This document shows, one piece after another, positions 18,840 through 32,600 of a DNA stretch of 64,000 nucleotides; positions within the stretch are counted from its first letter, which is position 1; each line of letters opens with the position of its first letter. Under the pieces are notes generated by a model that was not told the DNA's origin, made no database searches, and was given only the letters and a program-made list of their open reading frames with translations. Position numbers and translations under genes: made by a program. Where the stretch lies: NCBI GenBank assembly GCA_000165345.1, contig CM000436.1, positions 416,001-480,000 of the forward strand. Reading direction: 5' to 3'.

Positions 18840-21800
18840 ACGTTACTCAACTGAGTATCAACATAACTCATTAACGATAGCCTGAGCTGCTCTTTTTCTT
18901 CAATATTAGCATCCACGCTCTCAAAAGATATATATGGATAATTGTGCCACTGAGACAAATCGTCATTAAGTAAATCTATTGTAGCTTTTTTTTCTCCTTG
19001 TTCATGTCCAATTCTATTCAGTCCATAGAAATCGCAGGATTCATCCCAAAATACCTTTAGTGTATCTATTAATTTCTCATTAATATATATTCCTCTATTA
19101 GGTAGAATATTCTTTTTTAAATTTGGCATGCCTTCATACTCACTCTCATCAATAAAGTCTTCAAAATTCTCTTTTTCTCCTACTCCTCCTTTTGTTCCTT
19201 CCTTTGTTCCTTCTCCTTCTATTCTTTCTCCCTCTATTTCCTCCCCTTCTTCTACTCCTACTTCTATTCCTTCTCCCCATTCTCCTACTGTTTCTAAATC
19301 CTCCTCCAAGTCTTCCATCTCAACCTCCAGCCTCTTCTCTAATTCATTTTCGTCCAAATTAGTTATATTATCGCCTCTATCATCCTCTAAATCCTCCTCC
19401 CCTTTTTTCTCCTTATCTTTCTCTTTTTCTCTTTCCCTCAAAATTTCTTCCTCACGAAATGCCTTCTTAACCTCCAATTCATTAATTATTAAATATTTCA
19501 ACAAACAACCTGGTTGCCTCATTCTAGAGCATGATTGAGAAATCTTCCATTTCTTCTTTAATATTTTCTTATCATTAAATTTACCTCCCAAATACTTATT
19601 ATACTTTAAATAATTCTCAGCCATCTTTTCAGAAACTGGAGTTAAAGGCAATTCAATTATACTATCTGATAATAACTTTAATGTATCATTCAATATATAA
19701 ACCCCGTTCCCTTTTTCTTTATCTTTCTCTCCCGTAAATTCTCTCCTTTCCTCCTTGTCTCTCTCCTCCTTTTCCTCCTCACTATCTTCTTTCACAAAAG
19801 ATAAATACTCTTCTAATGTAATATTATACTCGTAATCCTTCGCCCCTATTATATCAAAAACTGGCCTACTTTTATTTATGATTCCTTCTATACTTTCTTC
19901 TTCCAAATGTAAATGATTATAATCATTCATCATATTCTTATCCACACTATCATTTTCTTCAAAATACCTACAAGAACATAATGGGAATGGCTGAGTCTCT
20001 AAAGATGGGATATGAACACATTCATCATTAAAAATCTTAAATAACATAGATTCTTGTACCCACAATGCTCCCGGTACCTTTTTAAATTCTTTTTGATAAT
20101 CAAATCCATTTGTTATTGCTAATGGTAGTTCAACCTTTGCTGAATTCATTATCTCATTCATACTCCAATTGCTATCATCTGAATATATACCCAATTTTCT
20201 TTTATAATTATTTCTATTCCTCCTATTCTTGAAATCTTCCAAACTTTTCTTCCCCCTAACTATATAATCCTCTTCAATTACATCCAAATCTGGAGTATCT
20301 GTAAGCTGTGATGAATCCATAACAATATCTGGAGTTATATCCATTTCACTTAATATTGGAGTATTAATATCATCATTTCTTAACTCGATATTTTCATTAT
20401 CTCTTAAACCCAACTCTTCAACATTCCTTTCTTGTTCCAAATCTTTGCATTCATCCTTTTCCCAATCATCTTCACACTCCAACAACCAATCTATTAATTC
20501 CTGTCCGTTATATACTCTAGTATTATAGTATTGTCTCTTTGTTAATTGTTCATTAACCACCTCCAACTCACTATTTTTACCATCTTCTTCATCCATACCC
20601 TTATTCTCCGTTCTATTATTTTCTTTTCTTCCTCCTTTTCCTCTTATTCCTCCTCTTTTCTTTTCATGAATACAATTCCCTTCCACCATATCCTCTTGAA
20701 AATTTTGTAAGTTATCTGAACCAATAAATTTTACTCGACTTTCAATTCTTCCCATCCTATCCTCAACTTTTGGTTCCATAATCTGTGGAAACCTAACTAT
20801 TTTATTTAATTCAGACCCCAAACCATTTTCTTTCCTTAAAATGAACTGATAAAACTCTCCCAAAGATTCTTTCATTCGTTTTGTCAAATAAACTCCATTC
20901 AATTCATTCATAAATACCTGATCATACAATAACCTTCTGATCTTATCTAGCCTTTCGCTTCCTTCCATTATTTCTCCTGATACTCCTTCTCCTCTAAAGT
21001 CTATACATTCCTCTTTAACCAAATATATGTTTGTACATGATAATCTTCCACATGTACTTAAAGATAAAAATATCAAACCTTGATTTATTTTATCATCCTC
21101 ATTCTCTTCAAATCTCTCTTTATTATTTTCTGAATTATTTAATAATATATTATGACGAGAAGTACTAGGTGGAATTACCAAGTATCCTCCCATATATTCC
21201 TTCTTCAATGAAAATACTGTCAAACCTGATAATCCATGAAATATTTGAGATAAAATATTATCATCTATTGAATAACTTTCCAAAATCATATCCAATAAAT
21301 CAACATTTGATTCCAATAACTGTGTTATTTTTGGAATATAGTAATTTCTATCCTGGTTAAGATCCCATGTACCCATAGATAACTCTTTAACTCCTTTTAA
21401 ACTCATCTTATAATATTGATTTGAATTCATTTCATCATACTCTAATTCTATTAAAGAATATATTACTCTGGAATAACTTGAACAATACAGCATTAAGCCA
21501 CATTTACATATATTTATTCCTTGTTCAATCTTTACCATCTCTGGATTTACCCATTCTATATACCTAAATCTACTTGTATGATTACCTAAACTCTCTGTAA
21601 ATGGTATAGAAAACTCTCCCAACGGTATTCTTGAATTCTGATATAAATCTATTACAACAACTTTACTTGATCTTGAATCTATAAGTGCTACCAAATTTGA
21701 ATAAATCGGATGTACCGATATCCCAGTAATATTAGAATAAGAAATATTCTTTTTTCTTAATATTTGTAATTTCATTAATCTGTCTTTATATGAAACCAAG

Positions 21801-22723
21801 TTCCTCAATGTATTCTCCTCCAACTCATCTTCTTCCAAATCTATTACATTACTATCCTTACATGGAAATAACATTCTTACTTGATAATTATTTTGACTAT
21901 CCTTTTTTAATATATATAATCCTTTCCCACCCAACAAATAAGAATTTGGGTTACTTCCATATGTTATACATTGTATTACTTCATTTCCAAATTCATAAAT
22001 TGTATTCAAATTTAATTCCATCTTTTTCTCTATTATACCATACCTTAAAGATATTCTTAATATTATTCGATTTGATAATAATAATGTAAATTCTAAAAAA
22101 TCATATAAACTTGAAATTATTGAATATATGGTCACTCCAGAATTACCATTATTATTTAATAAGCCTTCAATACCTTCCATTTCTCTAAATCTATCAATTA
22201 AATCACTTATCTTACTTTTTAATAAAATTCTATACTCTAATCCCTCTTCTTGTTCACTATTTCTCAAATTCACTACAACCAATTCATCTGAAGATCTTGC
22301 AAATATGTTAATACCATTTGATTTGTCATAAAAGAAATCGCTACTTGCTTGCAACTTAATATCCATTATTGATTTCTTCATTATATTTGGTATTAACATT
22401 AATCTTTTAAAGTAAAAGTCATCCGAATCTTTAAATTTATCCAAAATGAGTACTTCTAGTCCATTATCTTCTGTACCATATCTTTGAACCAAAATAGGAC
22501 CAGATTCTATTCCTATATCCACTCCTGTACAACTCTTGACACATGATTCAATTTCATTATCTATAATCCTTGTTGAATAGACATTATAACATAAATGAGA
22601 TGGTGAATAACTGTTTTCTTTTGGTAATATTGTATTGGTTAATAAAGTTGTTATATTTGGTGCTTTATGACGCCAAACAACTCTGGAATGCCTAAGTGGA
22701 TATTGAAATATATTTTCCTTCAT
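18836..22723 (-). CDS. Large hypothetical protein (1295 aa) with acidic low-complexity C-terminal region
   Basis: Long clean ORF. One short DEP-like fragment (VYNGQELIDWLLE) is too weak to call a domain. Its stop codon overlaps the Tsr3 stop codon (convergent). Confidence 0.5.
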
Positions 22724-23745
22724 TCTTAATAATTATTAAATAACTTTTCTTAAAACTTCACATAATAAGCTTAATTCCCTCGCATTAAATACATATAAAT
22801 CAAAGAATCTTTTACTATTATTGATAACGATATTGATGATAAATTTATTACCATTCTTCTTAATGACTCATCCTGTTCCATTTTTTCCTTTGTTTGCTTC
22901 ATGGCGCCCAAAATTCCCATTGTTAAACTTGGAATATCAGGGCAATATAACTTCTAAAAACAATATTAAATTTAAATTAAATCATTTCATTTTCTTAGAT
23001 AAGATTATGGGGACAAATTTTGGAGTACTTAAAGGAAATTCTTGCTTAGAATTTGTTCTGTAGTAATCATTCATTATATATACTTTTTCTTATTACAACC
23101 AGCCACCCCTCATTGTGTTTTTCCCGAACACATTTTCCTGGTCAGAAATAGATGGGAGAAAAAAAAATTTGTAATTGTGAAAATACTCACAAACTTTTCC
23201 AAACACTTAAATAGTTTGAAATAATAAAAGTAAATCCACACATCTTTTTCTCGACCTCCCATCTAGACGCTTCCAATTGTTACCTTATCCACTTTATCTC
23301 CCTCGAAAAGCATAATTCATAAGCTTTATTTCTCCACAATTCCCCAAAAAATAACTTACCAACTTTGTGTATAAACCTTCATCTATAACTTTCATCTCCC
23401 CGTCACAATTAATACTGCAAATTAAATTGCTCTCCATTCTTTATAACTTTTTATTTGTTACTAAATTATAGTTCACACCTTAATTCTCCAGAAAAAGGCG
23501 CCAGCTCCCCCTATACCGGCAAACACTTGCAAAGAATTGGTAATACATGCATGTATGCATGTGGACAATAAATTATTAAATTATACACGTGTTAAAAAAT
23601 AATAATGTGTGCAAATAGCAGAGAAGGGGGAGAGGAAGAAAAAAGAAAGTATAAAGAAAGTAAACTCTAAAAAGAAAAAGGAAATAACCAGAGAAGGAGT
23701 AGAAACAAAATAGTAATTAAGCTAGGGAAATAATATATAATCTAG

Positions 23746-26115
23746 TTATACTAATGACTTTTGTTCTTTAGTATAAGATGCAGGAATCAAAATTAGAAAT
23801 GAAAAAGTGGAAAAAAGTAATAAACAAAGGAAAAGAGCACTCCATCCATAATATTCGCTAATATAGGCAGTAAGAGTGCCTTGAGTGACAGCACCAAATG
23901 CTCCCAACCCATTAACAATACCTGTTGCCATAGAATCAATAGATTTAGTTGTAATATTAGATTTATCAAAAACATCCTGAGCTGCAGTTGAACCCAAAAT
24001 ACTATCAGGGCCCGAAACGCAGAATCCCATAAAAGCAATACCAAATAAAATAAGTAAATTTAATCCTGTTTTTGTGATTATCATGAAATATGATATACTC
24101 AAGGAAACAAATATCGACATATAACATGCAACCAAAATTCTTTTTCCTCCAAAATATGTATCAGCTATTGCACCTGCAGAAATTGCACCTGCAATACCGC
24201 CAATATCAAATAGCATTGATGAGTATCCTGCAACTGAAGGACCATAATTTAATTCACGTATTAAATAATAAGGTAACCAAAATAGCATTGAATATCTAAT
24301 CAATTTTATGAAATAGTAACTTATTGCTATGTTTAATATATTTGGTATCTTTAATAATATTATTAATTTCTCTACAAAGCCTACATCGTCCATATTTTGA
24401 ATATCAAATGAAGAGTAGATATTATTTTCCACATTATTTTCTTTTAAATTTGGATTCTGTGTAAAATCTCCATTACTACCATTTGTTGTATCCTTATTGT
24501 TTAACTGCTTTCTATTCTTTTTTGTTGGAGAGAGCTCTGAAATATAACTTAAATGATCACTAAATTCTGATTTTTCTATGCTTAATGATGTACCAAAGCC
24601 ATCATTTATGAATTTATCTCCATCTTCCATATGTAAATCAGTCATAGAGTCGTTTTCCTTCTCTGAAAGACTTTTTTGCATTAATAATTGACTGCTACTA
24701 CCACTATTTGAACTTGAATTTGCAGACATATCTTGAATTTGATGGTTCTCAAATCCCAAATTGTCTGGTTCATTCAAATAAGCCTCTCCTTCTTCTTCTT
24801 CTTCTTCTCCATTTATCAAATGAGATGAAGAAGCCAGCAAAGGATTGCTCCTTGAATCTAATAAGTTGCTACTGTACTTGGTCATCCCATTTTCTATCTC
24901 TTCTTGATGCGTCCCTTCCGCAATACTTCCCAACTCCTCATAATCTTCTTCTTTTTCAACCCTATCTATTCTGGCAGGCTTTACTATACCAATAGCTTCT
25001 AGCTCCTCTTCTCTATTGAACTTTATCTCATTATTAACTTCTTTGTTGTTATTGGAGTCTTCCATCATTACTAAAACCATATTATTTTCGTTTAATTCCT
25101 TATTTCCTACATTATCGTAAATATATAAATTCTTTGGTTTCTTTAAATACTTTAATACTATGATTCCAAAAAGAAAAACAAAAATTGATGGAATATAAAA
25201 TACAGACCTCCATCCTAACTTTAAACAAATTGAAGCTGAAAATGCTGTGGAAGCCATTGCTCCAACTTGTTGGCTTGTTGTCCAAACACCTAAAATCCTT
25301 CCTCTTTCACTCACTCCAAAACAAGTTATTAAATATTTAACTAGCATTGGATATACGCCTGCATGGAATAAACCATTGAAAAACCAAGATAACAAAAGAG
25401 AAGTTGAGCTATAAGAAATCCCAAATATTAATGATGTAATAGCTGAACAAATAAATGATATGCATATGTACTCATTCACTTTAAAGTTTTCAAACATCGT
25501 CGGAATTATTAATTGGCCAAATGCGTAAGAACCCAAAAAAGTTGTATCTATCCATCCCAAAACAGATGTAGAAAGTGATAAATCTTCTTGTATTTGTAAC
25601 TTAACAACTGAAAATGGCTTTCTCGTTGAATACAAAACTAAATATGATAAATAAGCCAAAAAGAATTTGTTATACTCGTCTTTTGACATACTAGGGAGTA
25701 ACTTTTTCATCATTGTTAAATCCATTAACTTGCTAATGAACCATTCATACCTCAAATTTATCATTCTCTTTTTTGAACTTAAAATATTTTCGATATTAAC
25801 ATTTTCCAAATTAGACATTTTCTGGCACTCATCTCCTTGTCTTACTACTATTCCTGGCTTAATCACACCATTACTTCCATTTCCCATTAACATACATAAA
25901 TTATCTATACTATTGTAATTTCTACTTGACTTTGAGCTTCCATCACAAGAAGGAAACCCTGTCGAAGTTGAATACATTGAATCATCACAACTCTCATACT
26001 TTTCCAAATAGTTAGATCTGTCAAATAATCTCAGTTCATCATTAGCGCATAAATCGATCTCCTCCTCTTCGCAATAATTACTATTGATTGCATTATTTAG
26101 CTTTAGTTCCTCCAT
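23746..26115 (-). CDS. Major facilitator superfamily transporter, organophosphate:Pi antiporter (SLC37/GlpT/UhpC-like sugar-phosphate exchanger), with a large E-rich cytoplasmic loop insert
   Basis: 12 predicted TM helices split 6+6. N-terminal half LSYLVLYSTRKPFSVVK ... GWIDTTFLGSYAFGQLI resembles the SLC37/GlpT signature region. The central loop of about 250 aa is acidic and low-complexity. Confidence 0.7.
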   Translation of the reverse strand: MEELKLNNAINSNYCEEEEIDLCANDELRLFDRSNYLEKYESCDDSMYSTSTGFPSCDGSSKSSRNYNSIDNLCMLMGNGSNGVIKPGIVVRQGDECQKMSNLENVNIENILSSKKRMINLRYEWFISKLMDLTMMKKLLPSMSKDEYNKFFLAYLSYLVLYSTRKPFSVVKLQIQEDLSLSTSVLGWIDTTFLGSYAFGQLIIPTMFENFKVNEYICISFICSAITSLIFGISYSSTSLLLSWFFNGLFHAGVYPMLVKYLITCFGVSERGRILGVWTTSQQVGAMASTAFSASICLKLGWRSVFYIPSIFVFLFGIIVLKYLKKPKNLYIYDNVGNKELNENNMVLVMMEDSNNNKEVNNEIKFNREEELEAIGIVKPARIDRVEKEEDYEELGSIAEGTHQEEIENGMTKYSSNLLDSRSNPLLASSSHLINGEEEEEEGEAYLNEPDNLGFENHQIQDMSANSSSNSGSSSQLLMQKSLSEKENDSMTDLHMEDGDKFINDGFGTSLSIEKSEFSDHLSYISELSPTKKNRKQLNNKDTTNGSNGDFTQNPNLKENNVENNIYSSFDIQNMDDVGFVEKLIILLKIPNILNIAISYYFIKLIRYSMLFWLPYYLIRELNYGPSVAGYSSMLFDIGGIAGAISAGAIADTYFGGKRILVACYMSIFVSLSISYFMIITKTGLNLLILFGIAFMGFCVSGPDSILGSTAAQDVFDKSNITTKSIDSMATGIVNGLGAFGAVTQGTLTAYISEYYGWSALFLCLLLFSTFSFLILIPASYTKEQKSLV

Positions 26116-26631
26116 AAATTGATAAGGTATTAAACTTGGAAAATTATCAACACCTTAAAGATTAACTTTGACTTAATAATATTAACAAGAATTTTTTTCA
26201 TAGGCCAGTCCTAATTCGCCAATTTACATACTCTTTCTCGTTGCTTTATATTCAGAATGTATTATTCACAAAAATTCTGTGGTGCTTTCTTTTGCTTTTT
26301 AATCTTTCTTAATTTCCCCCCAATATCTATTTAGTAAAAAAAAAATTGAATTCCAAAAACTTACAAAATTTCAATCCCTTCAATTTCTCTTGATAATTAT
26401 TTGTAGCAAAATTATCTCAAATCAACCAATAACCAAGTCAAATAATGCTTAGCTTTATTCTCCTCCCTCCTTACACCTCAGTATTTGATATTTTATTCAA
26501 ATTATTTAAAAAAACTATATATAGGATTTTTAGTCTCCAAATCTCAATTCCATCAAAATTTATTGATTTATACTTTTTTTTATTACCTCTACTTTTTTAT
26601 ATTATTTTAATATGCTCACTCTGTGTGGAAC

Positions 26632-26651
26632 TTTCCCGCCTAGGCGGGAAA
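26632..26651. promoter_or_regulatory. Perfect 20-bp palindrome TTTCCCGCCTAGGCGGGAAA (back-to-back E2F-like half-sites)
   Basis: Direct reading; the reverse complement is identical. Located in the upstream region of the MFS transporter gene (minus strand), 13 bp past the stop of the 2120-aa gene. Confidence 0.6.
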
Positions 26652-26663
26652 CCGGGTATCAAT

Positions 26664-29600
26664 TTAATACATATTGTCCAATACACCTGAAGTATTTGAA
26701 TTAAAACCACAGAAATCACTAAAATTTGCTTCAAACACTCCATTAATTAATGTGCAACTTTCTTGAATAAATCCTCCAACGTCATCAATTAGAGCCCATT
26801 GTGGCTCACTTGAGCCTGCATCCTTAATTATCAATAGTTTAAATTTGTCTACAGCTTTTCTGGCAGATAGGAGCTCATTCCCTGAAATATTAAACTGCCA
26901 AATTGGTAGTTTAGTGGTTTTTACTTCTATTAAAGCTAGGACTTGTTGTTTGTAATTCCGGGAAACTGAAAATTCTTCTTCAGAAAAGTATTCTCTTAAT
27001 AGAATGAAGTCAAAAGGAAGAAAACTCTCATTAAGTGAATTTAACCAAATTAGTTTAATAGTTGTCGTATCTGACTCTTTAAAACACTTGATCTTGCATT
27101 TTATAAATAGGTCTCTTTGCTGATCCTGAAATATATTATTATCCTCAATTTTCATATCCTCAATTCCTGTCCAATCTTTCAAGTCTTCCATATCTATTAC
27201 TTCATTTTGAATATAATTATTTACAAACTTTCTAGATAAGTAGTCTTCAATTAAATTATGATCAATAGATTTCAAGGTCAGCTTACGTGAGATTGCATTT
27301 GGGATTATGGCTTCAAAAGAAACTTTCTCACCCCAAAACCCCACCATTTTCGTGATTTCTTCTATTGTAAGACTCTCATCTGTTGCATTTCCCAGAGAAA
27401 GAGGATTTTTCTTTATATATTCTTTGATTATTGAGTCCAAGTTACTCTCTATTACATCTGTATTTTTAGTCATTTCTTTGTAATCACCAGTATTATTATT
27501 TTTAACTTTAATATGTGGATCATTATTATCAGCTTTATTATAATCAACTCTTTTAATTGATAATTCACTTAATAAATCATTTTTTTCAACATGTAATGAT
27601 TTATTTTCAATATCTGTATCTTTTCTTAACAAACATCCGCTTCTTGAACACTTTTTAAGTAGTTCAAAACCTTCTTTAACTACATTATCCACTGTGAAAC
27701 GCTCATCTCTTTTACTACTTAGATCATCCAAAATTGGAACATGTTTTGAAAGTAGTAAAAGTCTTTGTGAGCTGGAAAGAATCAAGAGTTCGTACAAATC
27801 AATATTAATTATACTATTTAAACCTGTCAAACCTTTTAATGGATCCAATAGCAAAGTATACAAATCCTTAAGTTGGTTACTTTTATCCATACTTTTATTC
27901 ACAAGTAATATTGAAGCTGAATTCTTATTGGGAATCTGTCTAAATAATACACCAATCTTCCTTCTGCTCGTTTTTGGTAAATGTTTGTCATTAATATTAA
28001 GATCAAACTTAAGCTCAATATCGTCAACCTCAACTTCATAAGTATTTACAAATGAAATAAGCCAATTAGCTATTTGGTAAGCTATTTCTTCATTTGCATT
28101 AGAATATCTTTCAGAAACTGAAAGTGGCTCGAATTCATAAGAATTTGAAATTTGTTCAAGTATTTCACTTTCGGATACACAAAATTCACAGTCAGTAACT
28201 GAATGATTTGAATTCTTGCTCGTTAAAGATTGTTCACTATCAAAAGTTTTTTTTTCTTCTAATATTCTCATGATTGACAAATAAATATCAAGAGATTTGT
28301 GTTTAAATAAGAGTATCAAGATACCCCAAAATTCCAAAGTTAGCCATATTTTATTTTTTCCTTTATTTGCAAATTTTATATGACTTCTAATATTACGTCC
28401 ATAATTAACTTTATAAGTTACTTTGTAACATTCTGAGAGTGTTTTTACTTTTAAAATATCTTTATAAAAAAATTGAGAACTTGGGGACGATGAAATTGCC
28501 AATGGAATCTGAAAGCTATCACTTCTTAAGCTTCCAATAGGGAAATCTTCCACACAACATTGTTCACGCTTCAGAAATTTATAAATACCCTTAATTGGTA
28601 TCTTTGCGTTATCGAGAAACTCACTCCACCACGAATTCTTTTTAGATTGACTCATTTTCTGAAAAACTTTCAAAAATGTATTAATTGATACGTTAATGAA
28701 AGATTCAAATTTGATTTTTCCTTCTTTAGACTCATCTTTAAGTAAATTTGGGCATTCCCTTAGCCATAAATAAGCATAATGGTGATGTATTGGTTGTTCT
28801 GAAACTAAAGATAAAAAGAATGGTCTTAAATTACTAATTTTACTTTTATTAATAAACTTGCTGAGAACAATAAATGTTCCATGAAAGAAATCATATGGAT
28901 CTGACCAAACCATATTATTATAATCAATAGGTACCCAATTATACAAAGTACTCTTCATCAATGGAATATAAAGCAAACTTTCATTGTAAAATACCTTTTT
29001 AATGTTCATTGAAATATCAAAATCTGTCTGATGGCCTAAAATATGATAAATATCAGAAATCATTTCGATGTCCGAGGGGCGATGAAGGCTTCGGTTTAAT
29101 GAATTATCATCAAAATTTGACCATTCATCCATTAAAGAAGGCCACCAATCTGAAGCAAATAACTTTTCTTTAGTTATACCAAATCCAAAAATTGCCAATT
29201 CTATAATATGGTTTAAATCAGGGTCATATGAAGGCTTTAATTTGATCTGCCTACTTTTTTGAACCACTTCATTATCCCTAATATTCATTACCCTCTTATA
29301 ATCTCGCAAAATTCGAATTAAAGATATGGAAGAAATCTGAGTTGTGACGCCAACCTCTTCCAAAGTTTCTGATATTAGTTTTGATTCATTACCAATATCT
29401 TCCTCTGTTCTATTTAATGTATAATGAGCAGAACAAGGTTCATTATTTTCACGTGATTTTGGAATCTTATATCCATTCCTTAAAGTTACTGGTAACAAAT
29501 TCAATACAATTTGAGAGATATGCTTAATAATTCCATCCAAGTTTTTATTAATTTTGGGAATAAACAGTTCACTCGGTCTGCTTAATAGCAAATCTTCACA

Positions 29601-32600
29601 AAAATCCACCGTATCACAATCTTGTATTTGTTCATTATTAATCTGGCTCATATAATAGCTAAAATAATTATCATTATATAATGAAATTGGTATCCATGGG
29701 TAACTTGATAATATTTCATTCAAAAAAGATGAGTTATATGAACGTCTTGAATATTCATTAGCTATTTGGATGATTGCTCCAGCTCTCATTACATAAATTA
29801 AATGTTTACAATAAAAACAATGCGATGAACTAATTGGATAAATATTTCTATCAACCATCCAACTCAATGGAGATGCATCTGTTTTTGGAGGTAATCTATC
29901 AAAGTTACATCCTACATACCACTGTTCAAGAAGGTTAATAAATTTATTAGTGAATACCCTGAATGCCAAATCTTTATCATTCTCATTTAAATGATCCGAA
30001 TTTTGGACGATATAATCTGATGATATCTCCACAAAGTGAAACCTATCAGATACTTTTGGAAATACCCATTCAACCAATGGAGGCCATAAAGGAGGGACAA
30101 TCGTCAAACCTTTGTATTCAAATGATTTATCGGAATTATATATTGAAGTTTTGTCTTTAACATTTTTCCGATTGCTATTTGATGTTTTTAGTTGGTCAAA
30201 ATTTGAATATGACTTTGAACTAAACTTATTGGACCTTTCCCAGCTTGAATGAAGTAGAATTAAAGATGTCAATGACTTGCTTACCTGAGACATTCTTAAA
30301 GCTACAGAAGTAGGATACACCATAACCTCATTTTCTCTTGTTTCATTCTTGCATCTATTACACTTCAAACTAGATGTGATCATTCTAGAACACCTAGCCA
30401 GTTTGTTCTTGTTTAACAACTCTTCTTCATTTGCATAGCTTTTTGGTAGATCCTTATTGTAAAGTAAAGCCTTTAAAAATGAAGGAGAATAAGTCTGAAC
30501 TACTATTGGAAGCTTAATTAGAAAGCGATTATCATCCTCTACAATGCTTGCCTCCTCTATTGCCAAAGGAGTAATTTTGAGAAGTAGTTTCTGTATATCA
30601 CTATTAATTGCATTTTCCCATCCTTTTTCGAGTAATAAATCAACCTGTTCAGCAATTAATTTAAAAAAAATAGATGGAGTTATCTTCTCAATCTTAAAAT
30701 CTTGGTTAATCATGCTCTTTATTCTGTATGGAGCTATTTTATATACCCTATCACTAAAAAATTCAAATGGGCATACTTTTCCTATTATTTCGGAATACTT
30801 TTGCAAGCAATGTTCTTGAAAGTAACTATCAAACGATTCATCTGAAATGTAAACTTTCACAATACTCGATTTTTCTATAGAAACTCTCTTACCCTCCCTA
30901 GTAGGTATAATTGGCAAACCTGAAATTCCTTCAAATTCTTTCAAACTTTCCACATCTCCTTCTTTCTGAGGAAATAAATAGCTATATAATATTAATAATT
31001 CCTCATCAGAAATACTCTCCAAAAATTTCAAAGGTTTCAATTCTAAAAAAATCTTCAATATATCCAAATTCCTTACATTATATGATGATATTATTTGTGC
31101 TACCAAAACTTGCAACATTTGCAATGGCCTCGTGCAAAGAAAATGCATGCATGTGTGCCCGCCTATCAGTGAGGGGTGCAATACCGGTCTCATGTGGACA
31201 CTCAGCATGTAGAGAAAATTCCAATGTAAATTGCAAAAAATACAAAAACCTTCATGGAAAGTATTGTTTTTTATGCAAAGATCATTGAATTGAATATTCG
31301 TGGAAATTTTATCAAGAAAGCAAAATGAGCCATCAATGTTCATAAACACAGGCTTTTTGACTAACTCATCAATACAAATCGAAGATAATGTGCAATAGTT
31401 TTGGCATTGGTTCAGGTTGTCAAGTTTTGGCGGGAGCCAACTAAATTTAATAAATTCTGAAGTATTTAAAACGAATGGTTTTAAGTTGTAATCAAAGCTT
31501 GATTCCTGCATTGTTTGTAACGGCAAAGACTTTGAAGTGAGTAAATTACTCATAAAAAGAGAATATTTTTGGTTAATTAAGCAAGATTTTCTTGAGCATG
31601 ATAATTTTGGATTAATCATACTAGCAACAAATTGTGGGATTTGTTTCTTGAAAATAACATCAAGAATTGTAGAATTCCAGATATTGTCAGCCATGACATC
31701 CTCTCTATTTGCTGTTAAAATCAAATCTTGGATATTAACATGAAATGGAAGATAGATTCTATGGTTCAAAGGGAACGTACAAAACAACTTTCCTGTAACC
31801 CTTTTATGTTTTCCAAAAGTTGATGAACCAAACGAGAATGAAGATGAGTTTATTATCCTTTCACCTTTATCTATTTCAAGTCTCAAATTTGAATGGAACA
31901 AAGGAAGAGCAATAGACCATACTGTTGAAGATCTTGTAGCTCTATCTCTGAGAGTGGAGCTCTCAAGCTTTTGATCCTCTGAAATTGGTATTTCCCAGTC
32001 CACTATAAGGTATTTAGAAGAAATTAAACTCTCTCTTAATAGTTTTCCTTTATTCAAATCTAAATCGTCATCATCAAATTGGGCTATCTCAATTTTTGTA
32101 AATCTGAAACTTTTTATTGAAGAAAGACTATCATCTTTGAATTCATCTAGGTTGAAAGTTTCACCTAGACTTTGAGAAATATCAGGAACTGAAATCAAGT
32201 CATTTAAAGTTAATCTCCTTCTTAAAAGTGGATAAATTGTATTCTTTTCAAAGGAACAAAAATCCGAGTCTTTTCTGGGCTCAACATCTACCACTATTGA
32301 TTTAATATTTCTCAAAAAGAGAAGAATATCATGTACGAAAGTGTTACGAATTGCAGATAAAATTGATGAGAATTTCTGTTTCATGTTCTTCTCAAATGGA
32401 AGATAGTGCAATGTTCCTAAGTTGCTTGAACTTTGGACAAATTTAGGCCCAAATTCAGATCTTATATTATCAAACCTCCAAGGAGTCCCATATAAACTAA
32501 TATTTGAATGAATTGTTTTTACTACTTCTGGGAAATCTGACTCTTCTATCCATTTTGGTACAATATAACTCAATTCAATTTCTTCATCAGGTTTACTTGA

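Noticed and set aside
19128-19538. 136-aa Ser/Pro-rich plus-strand ORF inside the 1295-aa minus-strand gene
   Set aside because: Antisense of an acidic low-complexity region; repeat-driven.
21090-21130. DEP domain in the 1295-aa protein (VYNGQELIDWLLE), hence a possible Iml1/DEPDC5 (GATOR1) homologue
   Set aside because: Only an 8-residue fragment resembles the DEP consensus and the following residues do not. Insufficient to call.
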